64,000 nucleotides of DNA from Alphaproteobacteria bacterium (GCA_965261975.1 CBDHEC010000010.1:10569-74568), one strand, 5' to 3'. Shown: positions 9,003-19,230, counted from the stretch's first letter. Notes: generated by a model not told the origin, from the sequence alone. Translations and numbers: made by a program.

Positions 9003-10409
9003 CTATGCGTCGTAGCCGCTGAGGTTGTAGCCTGGCGGCTGCATCCGCTCGACGAAGGCCGCGGCACGCACCACAGCTGCATCATCCAGATAACGCCCGA
9101 CCACCTGCAGACCGACCGGCATGCCGTCGCTGGCGATGCCCGCGCATACGGACGCGGCGGGCTGGCCCGTGAGGTTGAACGGATAGGTATAGTAGACCCA
9201 GGACACGAGATTGCGGTCCTCGTGACCCGGCGGGACATTGACTTCGACATCGACGGAACTGACCGGCAGGACCGGCGAAATCAACGCGTCGTATTTTTCG
9301 AACAGCGTGGCCATTCTCTCGCGCAGCACGTAACGCTCGAAGACCTTGGTGTAGTAGTCGCGCATCTCCTGACCGAGCGCGGGCTCGAGGATGTCTGCGA
9401 CGGCAGGGTCGAGCATATCGCGCTGGCCCTCGAGCACGGCACGCAGCTTGATGCCAACACCCGCATAGAATTCCGCCGACCAGAGATCGGCCGGGTCCGC
9501 CTCGAACACGTCGTCGACCTGTTCCACATGCGCGCCCGCATCCTCGAACTTGCGAACTGCCGCTTCGACGATCTGAACGACCTCCGGGTCGGGATTGGCA
9601 TAGCCCAGCGTCGGGCTCCAGGCGATCCGCATGCCTTCGACCGACTGCTCACAGGCGCCCAGCACATCGGGCACATCACCCGCGATGCCGAACGGGTCAC
9701 GCGCGTCGTAGCCGGCAATCGCCGAGAACAGCAGGGCGGCATCGCGCATGTTTCGCGCCATGGGCCCCACATGGGCCAGTGTCGGCGTCGCGGTGGTCGG
9801 CCAGACCGGCACCCGGGCGAAGCTGCCCTTGATACCGGCGAGACCGGTCAGCGAGCACGGGATACGGATCGAACCCCCACCGTCGGTGCCCAGACCAAAG
9901 GGCGTGACACCCGCGGCGATCGACGCGCCCGCACCCGCGCTCGACCCGCCGGGTGTCTTGTCCCGGTTCCACGGATTGCGGGTGATACCCGTCAGCGGGG
10001 AATCACCAACGGGCTTGCAGCCGAACTCGCTGGTGGTGGTTTTGCCGATCACCACGGCGCCGGCTGCGCGCGCACGCTCAACAGCCGGGGCATCATCCGG
10101 CGCGATATTGTCGGCCATGACCTTCGACCCGAACGCAAACGGCGCGTCGCCGACAGAAATCAGGTCTTTCACCGACATGGGCAGCCCATGCAGCGCCCCC
10201 AGCGCACCGCCAGCCATCACCGCATCTTCAGCCGCCTGCGCGGCGGCCAACGCCTTTTCGGGAAACAGGACGAAGAACGGGTTCAGGTCCGCCTGGACCG
10301 CCTCGGCACGTTCGAGCGAACGCCGGGTCAACTCGACCGGCGAGATGTCCTTGCGGCCGATGCGCAGGCGCAACTCGCTGGCGCTCATATAGTCGAATTC
10401 ATGGGCCAT
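9003..10409 (-). CDS. Amidase signature (AS) family amidase
   Basis: GGSSAGAGASIAAG (GGSS[GS]G AS motif), Ser-cisSer-Lys triad context; start moved to ATG at 10409 (MAHEFDY) preceded by GGAAGAGAGAGG. Confidence 0.85.
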   Translation of the reverse strand: MAHEFDYMSASELRLRIGRKDISPVELTRRSLERAEAVQADLNPFFVLFPEKALAAAQAAEDAVMAGGALGALHGLPMSVKDLISVGDAPFAFGSKVMADNIAPDDAPAVERARAAGAVVIGKTTTSEFGCKPVGDSPLTGITRNPWNRDKTPGGSSAGAGASIAAGVTPFGLGTDGGGSIRIPCSLTGLAGIKGSFARVPVWPTTATPTLAHVGPMARNMRDAALLFSAIAGYDARDPFGIAGDVPDVLGACEQSVEGMRIAWSPTLGYANPDPEVVQIVEAAVRKFEDAGAHVEQVDDVFEADPADLWSAEFYAGVGIKLRAVLEGQRDMLDPAVADILEPALGQEMRDYYTKVFERYVLRERMATLFEKYDALISPVLPVSSVDVEVNVPPGHEDRNLVSWVYYTYPFNLTGQPAASVCAGIASDGMPVGLQVVGRYLDDAAVVRAAAFVERMQPPGYNLSGYDA

Positions 10410-10443
10410 GTGGGCGCCTCTCTCTTCCGGATCAGTCGTCGAC

Positions 10444-11145
10444 TTATTCATCAACAATGGCGAAGGCACGGATCGGCGAGCCGGAACCGCCCTTGAACCG
10501 GAGCGGGACACCGAAGAACTCGAACTCGCCCAACCCGATCAGATCTTCGAGATTGACCAGCCACTCCATGTGGCTGATACCGAGCTCGCGGCAGATGCGA
10601 TGCTGGGCGAACAGGCTGTCGGACGGTTTGTCCGTCGACGGACCCTCGACCCCGTGCAGGCGCGAGCCGCGGTCATACATCCACTGGGTCGCGGCCACCG
10701 TGATCCCCGCATTCGACAGCACGACCTCGCGGTTCGGGTAGTGGCGCTTGTGCAGGCCGGTGCACAGCAGAATGATATGGCCGTCGATCTTCACGCCGGA
10801 TTCTTCTTCCGCCTTCTCCATGTCGGCCACGTCGATGTCGCCGAGGTCGCCGACATGGCGCATGTCGAAACACACGCCCTTGCCGAAGAAACGGTCGAGC
10901 GGCATCTCGTCGATCGAGGCACCGTTCGGGTCGAAATGGCGCAGGGCATCCACATGGGTCCCGACATGATCCAATGTCGAGATGAAGTTGGTCTGGAAGG
11001 TGATCGGGTCGTCCGGCGTGCCGAGCTCCAGCGCCTTGGTGTTCTCATGGGTCATCGCCTTGAGATAGACCGGGCTCTGGAACAGCTTGTGGGACGGCAT
11101 GTTGTCCTCGATGTCGAGGCTCAGATCGATGATGCGTCGGGCCAT
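10444..11145 (-). CDS. Cyclase family protein (kynurenine formamidase/isatin hydrolase-like, PF04199-type)
   Basis: 233 aa from ATG 11145 (MARRIIDLSLDIEDNMPS) with strong RBS AAGGGGGGAG; HxGTHxDA motif (DHVGTHVDALRHF). Confidence 0.8.
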   Translation of the reverse strand: MARRIIDLSLDIEDNMPSHKLFQSPVYLKAMTHENTKALELGTPDDPITFQTNFISTLDHVGTHVDALRHFDPNGASIDEMPLDRFFGKGVCFDMRHVGDLGDIDVADMEKAEEESGVKIDGHIILLCTGLHKRHYPNREVVLSNAGITVAATQWMYDRGSRLHGVEGPSTDKPSDSLFAQHRICRELGISHMEWLVNLEDLIGLGEFEFFGVPLRFKGGSGSPIRAFAIVDE

Positions 11146-11177
11146 GATGGCTCCCCCCTTTTTCGTTTTTTCTTCAA

Positions 11178-11708
11178 CTAGTCGTTCTTCAGATGACCAT
11201 CGCGATTGGCATACAGGTCGTCGTCGGCATAGCCCATGGTCTCGGGTTTCCCGCGGCCGAGCATGACCTGAAACCAGACCGGCTCCAGGGAATTGTTGTC
11301 GTAGCCGTGGATCACGCCGGGCGGGCAGGTAATGCATTCCCATGGCCCGAGCCGCGTCTCCAGGCGGCGTCCGTCTTCATCCTCGACGAACACGTCGAGC
11401 AGGCCCTTGAGCACGAAGAACGTCTCCTCCACCTCGTGGGTGTGGGCGGCGTTCCCCTGCCCCGGGTTCACATACATGATCGACAGCGTATGGGCACGGG
11501 CCGGGATGGCGTTGTCGTCGTCATGCTTGCCGGAGCCGCCGGCACCGATAAACCGATGCTGGGCGCGGCGATAGCCCTCGATCTTGGCATCCTCGAACGC
11601 CTCCCAGTCGGGCACCCGGTCGCGGTAGCGGGCGACATAGGTGTCCATGATCTCCTCGAGCGTGGCGTCGACGAGTTCGGGCGGGCGCGGATGGCGGGCG
11701 ACGGACAA
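11178..11708 (-). CDS. Cupin domain protein
   Basis: Contains cupin metal motif (GNAAHTHEVEETFFVLKG ... PPGVIHGY). Track start at 11708 is TTG; an in-frame ATG at 11648 has a GAGGAG RBS, so the true start is uncertain. Confidence 0.6.
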   Translation of the reverse strand: MSVARHPRPPELVDATLEEIMDTYVARYRDRVPDWEAFEDAKIEGYRRAQHRFIGAGGSGKHDDDNAIPARAHTLSIMYVNPGQGNAAHTHEVEETFFVLKGLLDVFVEDEDGRRLETRLGPWECITCPPGVIHGYDNNSLEPVWFQVMLGRGKPETMGYADDDLYANRDGHLKND

Positions 11709-11808
11709 TGTTCTTCTCCCCGGATAAATTCACGAGGCGAACGGAAGCATGGCCGGGGGACCGACGTCAAACGCCGCCGTCTGTGAAATGCATGAGAATG
11801 TGAGGAAG

Positions 11809-11884
11809 TGGTGCCCAGGGGCGGATTCGAACCACCGACACCGCGATTTTCAGTCGCGTGCTCTACCAACTGAGCTACCTGGGC
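11809..11884 (-). tRNA. tRNA-Phe (anticodon GAA)
   Basis: 76 nt with CCA; cloverleaf GCCCAGG/CCTGGGC acceptor, D-arm GCTC-AGTTGGTA-GAGC, anticodon loop CTGAAAA, T-loop GGTTCGAATCC. Confidence 0.9.
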
Positions 11885-11939
11885 ACACGGTCAGTTGGAA
11901 GGCGCGGATATACGTAAATTCACCGCACCTGTCCAGCGC

Positions 11940-12122
11940 TCACCCCTGATCTTCCTCACCGTCGTTCAATCCGCCCTCATAGACGGTCGGCGCTTCGTCG
12001 GTCGGGATGCGGTAAGTGCCCCCCAGCCAGCGCGACAAATCGACATTGGCGCAGCGCTGGGAACAGAAGGGCCGATGCTTCTCATCGACCGCTTTCGAAC
12101 AGATCGGGCAGGACTTGGCCAT
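11940..12122 (-). CDS. yacG: DNA gyrase inhibitor YacG (zinc-ribbon protein)
   Basis: 60 aa MAKSCPICSKAVDEKHRPFCSQRCANVDLSRWLGGTYRIP with CxxC...CxxC; track ORF 11940..12257 is an upstream extension. Confidence 0.85.
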   Translation of the reverse strand: MAKSCPICSKAVDEKHRPFCSQRCANVDLSRWLGGTYRIPTDEAPTVYEGGLNDGEEDQG

Positions 12123-12160
12123 CGCGGGAAAAGACGTTTCTGTCGGACCGTAACCGGAAT

Positions 12161-13378
12161 TCAGGCGGACCCTAGCATGACTTCGAATCGGTCGTTCGCA
12201 CGATCCGCCTCGGCCACCACGTCCAGCCGCCCGACTGTTTGGGCCGCCTGATCGCACGCCCCCTTGAGCCGGTCTGCGAGCGCCTCGGCCACGGGTTGCG
12301 AGACCAGCAGACGATAGCCGCCGGACGGCGTGGCGGCTGCCGCGCGCACCACGGCCCGCAGGCCGGCATAGGCCACCGCATCGACCGAAAGCTCGGGTGC
12401 GGAGGCCGGCACATGCATCCGGTCAGCCAGGGACAGGCCGGTGCGCGTGCGGGTCATCTCGATCAGGCCGAGATTGGTGATGCCCAAGACATGGCATGCG
12501 CCCGGGTCGTCCTTCAGGGCGTTGCGCAACGCCCCGAGGACCCGGTTGCGATCGTCGCGCGCGTTCATCTTCAGCGCGTCGATAACGATGGCTCCGGCGA
12601 TATTGCGCAGGCGCAGCTGCCGGGCGATCTCGGGCATCGCCTTCTGGTTCACGTCGCGCGACGCGCGACCCGACTTGCCGACAGCCCCGGCCGAGTTGAT
12701 ATCGATCACGCACATCGCCTCGGCCGTGTCGAACACGAGCTCGGCGCCGCCCGGAATCCGAACGCGCCGCGACAGCGCGGCGTCAATGGCGTCCTCGATG
12801 TCATGCTTGGCGAACAGATCACCCGATCCACGCGTGATGCATTCGGCCAGGTCAGGGTGATTGTCGGCGGCCCAGGCCCGCGCGGCATTCTCGATCGCGG
12901 CATCACCGCAGATGATTTGTTCGGTGTCGGCGGTCACAAAGCGATCAAGGATCAATCCGACCGCAGGAGGCGGTGATTCCAGACAATCGGATGCGGTCCT
13001 GTCCGTGAACATCGGGTCGGGTGTGACGCGCGCGATGCGGGGACCCTTGTCGGCAAACCCGTCCGCCATCACACGCACGTCGATCTGCATGCCCTCGTTC
13101 ACACGTTCGCCGATCCGGGCGTTCCGCGGGGTCTTGGCGGCAGGATCAGACGCGTCGCGCGCGCGCAAATAGGCCTCCGGGCCCTGGCCGATGTCGACGA
13201 AGGCCCCATTCAGGCCGTGGTCGACCTTTCGCACCCGGCCGCGATAGACAGCACCGATCAGGCTGGGCTCCGCGTCACGGTGATGGACAACATCCCAGGT
13301 CACGCCTGCGCGCAGCAGCGCGCCGCGCACCTCGCCGGGTCCGCTGTCGATGACGATGGTGGTGCGGTGCTTGCTCAC
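12161..13378 (-). CDS. rng: Ribonuclease G / RNase E-G family endoribonuclease
   Basis: S1 domain (LIGAVYRGRVRKVDHGLNGAFVDIGQGPEAYL) and RNase E/G catalytic region; GTG start at 13378 overlaps the maf stop (GTGA), conserved maf-rng order. Track ATG at 13525 would overlap maf by 150 nt. Confidence 0.8.
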   Translation of the reverse strand: MSKHRTTIVIDSGPGEVRGALLRAGVTWDVVHHRDAEPSLIGAVYRGRVRKVDHGLNGAFVDIGQGPEAYLRARDASDPAAKTPRNARIGERVNEGMQIDVRVMADGFADKGPRIARVTPDPMFTDRTASDCLESPPPAVGLILDRFVTADTEQIICGDAAIENAARAWAADNHPDLAECITRGSGDLFAKHDIEDAIDAALSRRVRIPGGAELVFDTAEAMCVIDINSAGAVGKSGRASRDVNQKAMPEIARQLRLRNIAGAIVIDALKMNARDDRNRVLGALRNALKDDPGACHVLGITNLGLIEMTRTRTGLSLADRMHVPASAPELSVDAVAYAGLRAVVRAAAATPSGGYRLLVSQPVAEALADRLKGACDQAAQTVGRLDVVAEADRANDRFEVMLGSA

Positions 13379-13956
13379 GGCGTTGCTTTCCAGCCCAGCC
13401 CTTCGAGCATGGACTTCGCCAGCGTCAGATCGAGGCCGACGATGTTGGTGTAGGACCCGTTGACCGCCGGCACGAACGCCCCGGCCCGGCCCTGAATGGC
13501 ATACCCGCCGGCCTTGCCCTGCCATTCGTCGGTGGCGAGGTAGGCGGTGATGTCGGCATCGGACAGGCGCTTGAAACGCACGACGGTCGTGGACAGCCGG
13601 TCCGACCGGCGGCCATCGGGGGCGATGACGGAGATTCCGCCGAGCACCCGGTGCCGGCGCCCTGACAGCATTTCGAGAAATTTCCGCGCTTCGGCATCAT
13701 CGATCGGCTTGCCGAGTTGGCGGCGGCCGACGGCGACGACCGTGTCGGCGGCCAGCACAAAGGCATCGGGCGCCTGTTCGGCGACGGCACTCGCCTTCGC
13801 CGCCGCGAGGCGTCTTGCCATCGGCAGGGGAAGTTCCCCCGGTCGCGGGGTCTCGTCGATTTCGGCGGGCATGACCGCGTCGGGCACGATGCCGACCTGC
13901 GCCAGCAGGTCGAGCCGTCGCGGCGAGGCGGATGCCAGGATAAGGCGCTGGCTCAC
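13375..13956 (-). CDS. maf: Maf-like nucleoside triphosphate pyrophosphatase (septum formation protein Maf)
   Basis: 193 aa MSQRLILASASPRRLDLLAQVGI ... typical Maf N-terminus; immediately upstream of rng. Confidence 0.85.
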   Translation of the reverse strand: MSQRLILASASPRRLDLLAQVGIVPDAVMPAEIDETPRPGELPLPMARRLAAAKASAVAEQAPDAFVLAADTVVAVGRRQLGKPIDDAEARKFLEMLSGRRHRVLGGISVIAPDGRRSDRLSTTVVRFKRLSDADITAYLATDEWQGKAGGYAIQGRAGAFVPAVNGSYTNIVGLDLTLAKSMLEGLGWKATP

Positions 13957-14037
13957 GGCGTGCCCCCAGGGTCTTGGAACATGTGCGGGTTCCGGAATCC
14001 CGCCACCACAAGCAGCGGGCCGGGAATGATCACGCGC

Positions 14038-14256
14038 CTACTTGAAGCGGAACGTGATGCGCCCCTTGGTCAAATCATAGGGCGTCATTTCCACGTTCAC
14101 CTTGTCACCGGCGAGAACGCGAATGCGGTGCTTGCGCATTTTACCGGCGGTGTGCGCAAGGACTTCGTGGCCGTTGTCGAGCTCAACGCGGAACATCGCG
14201 TTGGGGAGGATTTCGGTCACCGTGCCGGAAAATTCGAGCAGGTCTTCTTTTGCCAT
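14038..14256 (-). CDS. infA: Translation initiation factor IF-1
   Basis: 72 aa [72 protein letters not shown], near-identical to bacterial IF-1; track ORF is a 5' extension. Confidence 0.95.
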   Translation of the reverse strand: MAKEDLLEFSGTVTEILPNAMFRVELDNGHEVLAHTAGKMRKHRIRVLAGDKVNVEMTPYDLTKGRITFRFK

Positions 14257-14311
14257 ACCCATCATCACGTTGTTGATATCGGCCCGCATTCTCGCGGGAT
14301 GGGGCAAGCAA

Positions 14312-14344
14312 CCCGAAAACCGCCGCAATTTCAAGCGTTTTCGG
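14312..14344 (-). promoter_or_regulatory. Stem-loop in infA leader / after LMW-PTP gene
   Basis: CCCGAAAAC-N15-GTTTTCGGG 9-bp inverted repeat 56 nt upstream of the infA ATG; no clear U-tract. Confidence 0.4.
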
Positions 14345-14366
14345 GCGATCTGCGTACAGTCAAACC

Positions 14367-14816
14367 TCAAACGACCCGGTCGGGGGTCGGAAAACGCGCC
14401 TTGATTCGCTCGAAAAGCGCGTCGCGCACCTCGCGATAGGCCTGCAACCGAACCTCCCGCGAACCCGTGACATCGGCGGGATGCATCGTCGGCCAGTATT
14501 CCAACTCGCACGGGATCGTGCGCGTGAATTCAACCGCGCGATGCTGTGCCTGGGGGGTGAAGGTGATGATCAGGTCCACAGAATCGTCGGGCAGGTCGTC
14601 GAAGCTCTTGGCCTGATGCGCGGAGATATCGAGGCCGATCTCCTGCATCGCGGCAACGGCGAACGGATCGGCCTCTTCCCCGTTCGGGCGTACTCCGGCG
14701 CTGTCGACATAAACCCGGTGCCCCACCAGGTGTTTCATGATCGCCTCGGCCATGACCGACCGGATGGTGTTGCGATCGCATGCAAACAAGACGCTTCCTG
14801 GCAGGCCTTCGGTCAT
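14367..14816 (-). CDS. Low-molecular-weight protein-tyrosine-phosphatase family protein (arsenate-reductase-like fold)
   Basis: N-terminal C-X5-R P-loop ([12 protein letters not shown]) and DPY-like acid region; 149 aa. Confidence 0.75.
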   Translation of the reverse strand: MTEGLPGSVLFACDRNTIRSVMAEAIMKHLVGHRVYVDSAGVRPNGEEADPFAVAAMQEIGLDISAHQAKSFDDLPDDSVDLIITFTPQAQHRAVEFTRTIPCELEYWPTMHPADVTGSREVRLQAYREVRDALFERIKARFPTPDRVV

Positions 14817-14818
14817 GG

Positions 14819-15310
14819 TCAGGCCCGGATATGCAGCGCGCAGATCAGCGTGAACAGCCGCCGCGAGGTGTCGTGATCGATGGTGATACGGCCGTCCAAC
14901 AATTCGCGCAGCTGGTCCGAGCCTTCATTGTGCAGGCCGCGGCGACCCATATCGAGCGCCTCGATCTGCGCGGGAGACGAAGACCGGATCGCTTCGTAGT
15001 AGCTTTCGCAGACCGTGAAATAGTCCTTGATGACCTTGCGGAACGGGGTCATCGGCAGCGACAGCGCGCCGACAGCCATCCCGGATTCACTCGTGATGTC
15101 GAATTGAAGCTGGCGGCCCTGGGTCCGCAGCACCAGAACGAATGGCCCGCCGGGCCCATCGCCGAAGCAAGCCTGATCGGGTGCGAAAACATTGGCCTCG
15201 ATCAGGTCATAGATCGCGACCTCGATTTCGCGTTCCACATCCGGATGGAACCGCACGACACCGGGATTATCGATCTCGACCCGCGCGATCCTGTTATCGG
15301 ATTCACCCAT
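14819..15310 (-). CDS. Conserved alphaproteobacterial hypothetical protein (UPF0262-like) downstream of hisD
   Basis: 163 aa acidic protein, no recognizable catalytic motifs; position between hisD and LMW-PTP matches conserved alphaproteobacterial synteny (recollection). Confidence 0.55.
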   Translation of the reverse strand: MGESDNRIARVEIDNPGVVRFHPDVEREIEVAIYDLIEANVFAPDQACFGDGPGGPFVLVLRTQGRQLQFDITSESGMAVGALSLPMTPFRKVIKDYFTVCESYYEAIRSSSPAQIEALDMGRRGLHNEGSDQLRELLDGRITIDHDTSRRLFTLICALHIRA

Positions 15311-15328
15311 GGCAGATCCGGCGCCGGC

Positions 15329-16648
15329 TCAGTCGTCGTCTGTTCGGGGGTCTGGGTCGCCCGTGAGCCGCACCTCGACCGCCCGCGCATGGGCCTCGAG
15401 CCCCTCGGCGCGCGCAAGCGTCATCGCCGGGCCGGCGAGCGCGCGAAAGCTCTCCTCATTGGCCTGGAACATCGAGCTGCGTTTCATGAAATCGAGCACG
15501 CCGAGGCCCGACGAAAACCGTGCCGTACGCGCCGTGGGCAACACATGGTTCGGCCCCGCCAGATAGTCACCCAGCACTTCGGGTGCATAGGCGCCGAGGA
15601 ATATCGACCCGGCGTTGCGAATCTCGCTCTCCAGCGCTTCCGCGCGCGGTCCGATCAGCTCCAGATGCTCCGGTGCCATGCGGTCGATCAACGCCACCGC
15701 GTCGGCCAGGTCAGGCAAAAGGATCGTCGCGCCGAAGGTCGTCCAGCTCTCCCCCGCGATCTCATGGCGCGGCAACTCGGGAATCTGGCGCAGGACTTCC
15801 GCCTCCACGGCGTCGGCGAACGCGGCGTCGTCGGTCATCAGCACCGATTGGGCGCTCGTATCATGTTCGGCCTGGCTCAGGAGATCGGCCGCGACCCAAG
15901 CGGGGTTCGCGGACGCCTCCGCGACCACCAGAATCTCCGACGGGCCGGCAATCATGTCGATCCCCACGACACCGAAGACCTGCCGCTTGGCCTCGGCCAC
16001 ATAGGCGTTACCGGGCCCGACGATCTTGTCGACGGGCGCGATACTGTCCGTGCCATAGGCCAGGGCGGCGACGGCCTGGGCGCCGCCCACGCGATATATT
16101 TCATCGACACCGGCGATGTCGGCTGCGGCCAGCACCAGCGGGTTCAAGACCCCGTCCGGCGACGGCACGACCATGACGATGCGTTCGACCCCGGCAACGT
16201 GCGCAGGCACGGCGTTCATCAAAACGGAAGATGGATAGGCCGCCGTCCCGCCGGGTACATAAAGCCCCGCCGCGGCGACCGGGCGCCAGCGGCTGACGAG
16301 CCTGACCCCCAGATCGTCGACATAGTCGAAATCACCAGATCGCTGGTTCTCATGGTAGGCGACGATGCGGGCGCGCGCCGTCTCAAGGGCCGCGAGCGCG
16401 TCGGCATCACAAGCCGCCCGCGCCGCCGCGATCTCGTCGGCGGTGACACGCAAACCGTCTGCGGAAAGGCGCAGGCGATCGAACTTCTCGGTCAGCGCCA
16501 GGAGTGCGGCATCGCCCTCCGCCTTCACCCGGGCGATGATGGCCTCGACATCGCCGCGCACATCGACCCCGGCCTCGCGCCGCTCGGCCAGCAAGGCGGC
16601 AAACGACGTGTCGAAATCCGGTCGCGCGGCGTCCAGCCTACGCGACAT
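15329..16648 (-). CDS. hisD: Histidinol dehydrogenase
   Basis: Start at ATG 16648 ([16 protein letters not shown]), 11-nt overlap with hisG stop; conserved HisD blocks ([35 protein letters not shown]). Confidence 0.9.
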   Translation of the reverse strand: MSRRLDAARPDFDTSFAALLAERREAGVDVRGDVEAIIARVKAEGDAALLALTEKFDRLRLSADGLRVTADEIAAARAACDADALAALETARARIVAYHENQRSGDFDYVDDLGVRLVSRWRPVAAAGLYVPGGTAAYPSSVLMNAVPAHVAGVERIVMVVPSPDGVLNPLVLAAADIAGVDEIYRVGGAQAVAALAYGTDSIAPVDKIVGPGNAYVAEAKRQVFGVVGIDMIAGPSEILVVAEASANPAWVAADLLSQAEHDTSAQSVLMTDDAAFADAVEAEVLRQIPELPRHEIAGESWTTFGATILLPDLADAVALIDRMAPEHLELIGPRAEALESEIRNAGSIFLGAYAPEVLGDYLAGPNHVLPTARTARFSSGLGVLDFMKRSSMFQANEESFRALAGPAMTLARAEGLEAHARAVEVRLTGDPDPRTDDD

Positions 16649-17315
16649 CTCGGGCTTCCTGCGCGGCATCGCGGAACCGGTCGATCCAGCCCGTCATCTC
16701 CGTCGCGCGGGTCTTCAGGGCCGCACGGTTGACCACGAGGCGCGAACTGATCTCCGCGATCGTCTCGATCTCCACCAGCCCGTTGGCTTTGAGGGTGGAG
16801 CCGGTCGAGACCAGGTCGACGATGCGCCGGCACAGGCCGAGCGACGGGGCCAGCTCGATGGCACCATTCAGCTTGATGCATTCGGCCTGAACGCCACGCC
16901 GGGCAAAGTAATCCTGGGTCATGTTCGGATATTTGGTGGCCACGCGCACATGGCTCCAGCGCGCCGGATCGTCCACCGCGACGACGGATTGCGGCGCGGC
17001 CACGGCCAGTCGGCACGCGCCGATGCCAAGATCGATCGGCGCGTAGAGTTCGGGATAGTCGAACTCCATGATCACGTCGCTGCCGGCGACACCGAAATAC
17101 GCCGCTCCGAATGCCACGAAGGTTGCCACATCGAAGGCACGCACACGAATGATGTCCACGCCCGGCACCGAGGTCTCGAACCGCAGCAGGCGCGACTTGG
17201 GATCATGGAACGCAGGCTCGGGCTCGATGCCCACATGCTCGAGCAACGGCATCACTTCACCCAGGATTCGGCCTTTCGGCAGGGCAAGAATAAGCTTCTC
17301 GGTCTTTGTCGCCAC
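16638..17315 (-). CDS. hisG: ATP phosphoribosyltransferase, short form (HisZ-dependent)
   Basis: 225 aa [25 protein letters not shown]...; short-form length; no hisZ adjacent. Confidence 0.9.
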   Translation of the reverse strand: MATKTEKLILALPKGRILGEVMPLLEHVGIEPEPAFHDPKSRLLRFETSVPGVDIIRVRAFDVATFVAFGAAYFGVAGSDVIMEFDYPELYAPIDLGIGACRLAVAAPQSVVAVDDPARWSHVRVATKYPNMTQDYFARRGVQAECIKLNGAIELAPSLGLCRRIVDLVSTGSTLKANGLVEIETIAEISSRLVVNRAALKTRATEMTGWIDRFRDAAQEARDVA

Positions 17316-17390
17316 GTCACACCTTCCAGGGACCGCAACTCGATGCTACCCGGCGCCACAAGCGCACGGCTTGCGACAACGAGGCGGCTT

Positions 17391-17849
17391 TTATTGGTCC
17401 GCGTGCTCGGGCCGCCACTGGGTCGGCCACGCTTCGCCGAAATCCTCCAGATGACAGAGGAGTCCGGTCGTTTGCAGCCGAATAGCCGTATCTCCGGAGA
17501 AGGTCAATTGTACCGTGGGTCCATCTCCGCCGGCTTCGAGCTCGCAGGAGATGGCGAGGAGATTCAAAAACCTGCCCCGCGCGGTGAAATCGATGCCGCG
17601 GCGCTTGACGTCAATTACGTTCGAGAAGGTGACGCCGGAGTTGATTCGCTCGGCATGTTCGCCAGGGCCGGATGCGTCGACAGCTTCCCATTTGAACCGG
17701 TTGGCCACAAACACGAAACGTCGCTCATCGGGTTCGAAGGCAATGTCACCGATGGGCAGGATCGCGTCCTGCAGCGCCCCGGAGACAACCGCCAGGTCCT
17801 TTTCATCCGTGGCGGCAAGCTTCAGCGGGGATGCTGCGGCGGACATCAA
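17391..17849 (-). CDS. Conserved hypothetical protein (DUF2948-like) upstream-coupled to murA
   Basis: 152 aa; 4-nt overlap with murA stop; family assignment from memory of alphaproteobacterial murA neighbourhood. Confidence 0.5.
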   Translation of the reverse strand: MMSAAASPLKLAATDEKDLAVVSGALQDAILPIGDIAFEPDERRFVFVANRFKWEAVDASGPGEHAERINSGVTFSNVIDVKRRGIDFTARGRFLNLLAISCELEAGGDGPTVQLTFSGDTAIRLQTTGLLCHLEDFGEAWPTQWRPEHADQ

Positions 17850-19135
17850 TCGTCCTCGACCCGCTCGACATCGGCCCCGACAAGCCGGAGTTTCTCCTCG
17901 AGGCGCTCATAGCCGCGATCGAGATGATAGATCCGCCGAACCTCGGTGACACCGTCGGCGACGAGCCCTGCGACCACCAACGACGCGCTGGCCCGCAGAT
18001 CAGACGCCATCACCGGTGCACCGTTGAGCTGGTCGACCCCGCGCACGACCGCCGTGTTGCCTTGAATGGTGATGTCCGCACCCATCCGCTGCAGCTCCGG
18101 CACATGCATGAAACGATTCTCGAAGATCGTCTCGGTGATGACGGAGGCCCCGTTCGCGGTCGTCATCAGGGCCAGGAACTGCGCCTGCAGGTCGGTGGGA
18201 AACCCGGGATAGGGATCGGTTTCGACGTCCACGGCCAGCAAATCGCTGTCCGCACGGCTGACGAAGACGCCGCCATCACGCGCCTCGATGGTTGTACCGG
18301 TCTTGCGCAGCTGCGCGGCCGCGGCCTCGATATGGTCGAGCCGCGCCCCTTCAAGCTGCACCGTGCCGCCGGTGATTGCGGCGGCCATGGCATAGGTCCC
18401 TGCCTCGATCCGGTCGGGCATGATCGAATGTTCGGCCCCGTGCAGGCGATCGACGCCCTGGACCGTAAGGGTCGCGGTGCCGACCCCGTCAATCTTCGCG
18501 CCCATCGCGATCAGACATTCGCACAGATCGGTGATTTCCGGCTCGCGCGCGGCGTTCTCGAAAATCGTCTCGCCGGTCGCCAGGCATGCAGCGAGAAGCA
18601 GGTTTTCTGTCGCGCCCACCGAGACCTTCGGGAACACATAACGCGCACCGCGCAGCCCCTTGGGCGCACTGGCGCGGATGTAGCCGGCCTCGACCTCGAT
18701 CTCCGCCCCCAGCGCCTCCAGCCCCGACAGGTGGATATCGACAGGCCGGGTCCCGATGGCGCAACCGCCCGGAAGGGACACGGTCGCCACGCCTTCGCGG
18801 GCCACGATCGGCCCGAGCACGAGCACCGAGGCGCGCATACGGCGCACCAGGTCGTAGGGTGCGGTGGTGCTCGTAATCTTCCCGGCCTTGAGCGACATGA
18901 CCCGGCCCACATGGCCACCATTGTCGGCATGCCCTTCCAGCGACACGAGCGCTCCGTGCTGCCCCAGAAGGTTCGCCATTGTGGTGATGTCGGCAAGGTG
19001 CGGCACGTTCGACAAGACGAGTGCTTCGTCAGTCAGCAAGCTCGCAGCCATCAGTGGCAGTGCCGCGTTCTTGGCGCCGCCAATACGAATGACACCGTTC
19101 AGCGTCTGGCCACCCCGGATCCTGATTTTGTCCAT
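17846..19135 (-). CDS. murA: UDP-N-acetylglucosamine 1-carboxyvinyltransferase
   Basis: 429 aa [34 protein letters not shown]... with catalytic Cys region ([13 protein letters not shown]). Confidence 0.95.
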   Translation of the reverse strand: MDKIRIRGGQTLNGVIRIGGAKNAALPLMAASLLTDEALVLSNVPHLADITTMANLLGQHGALVSLEGHADNGGHVGRVMSLKAGKITSTTAPYDLVRRMRASVLVLGPIVAREGVATVSLPGGCAIGTRPVDIHLSGLEALGAEIEVEAGYIRASAPKGLRGARYVFPKVSVGATENLLLAACLATGETIFENAAREPEITDLCECLIAMGAKIDGVGTATLTVQGVDRLHGAEHSIMPDRIEAGTYAMAAAITGGTVQLEGARLDHIEAAAAQLRKTGTTIEARDGGVFVSRADSDLLAVDVETDPYPGFPTDLQAQFLALMTTANGASVITETIFENRFMHVPELQRMGADITIQGNTAVVRGVDQLNGAPVMASDLRASASLVVAGLVADGVTEVRRIYHLDRGYERLEEKLRLVGADVERVEDD

Positions 19136-19230
19136 CGTGTTTCGTTACCGGCTGTGGTTGCGGGAGGATTGCCGAATAGTCGGTGAATGCGGCAATTGCG
19201 TGTCGTCGACGGGAAAACAGCCCGCCATCA

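Noticed and set aside
12161-13525. Upstream ATG start for rng at 13525
   Set aside because: It would overlap maf by 150 nt in another frame. A GTG at 13378 coupled to the maf stop gives an N-terminus matching RNase G.
14038-14511. 157-aa extended infA ORF
   Set aside because: Only the last 72 residues match IF-1. The extension is Arg-rich shadow sequence overlapping the LMW-PTP gene end.
14780-19186. Plus-strand ORFs 14780..16732, 16365..17912 and 17831..19186 antisense to hisD, hisG and murA
   Set aside because: These are antisense to essential, well-conserved genes and have low-complexity translations, so they are GC-driven artefacts.
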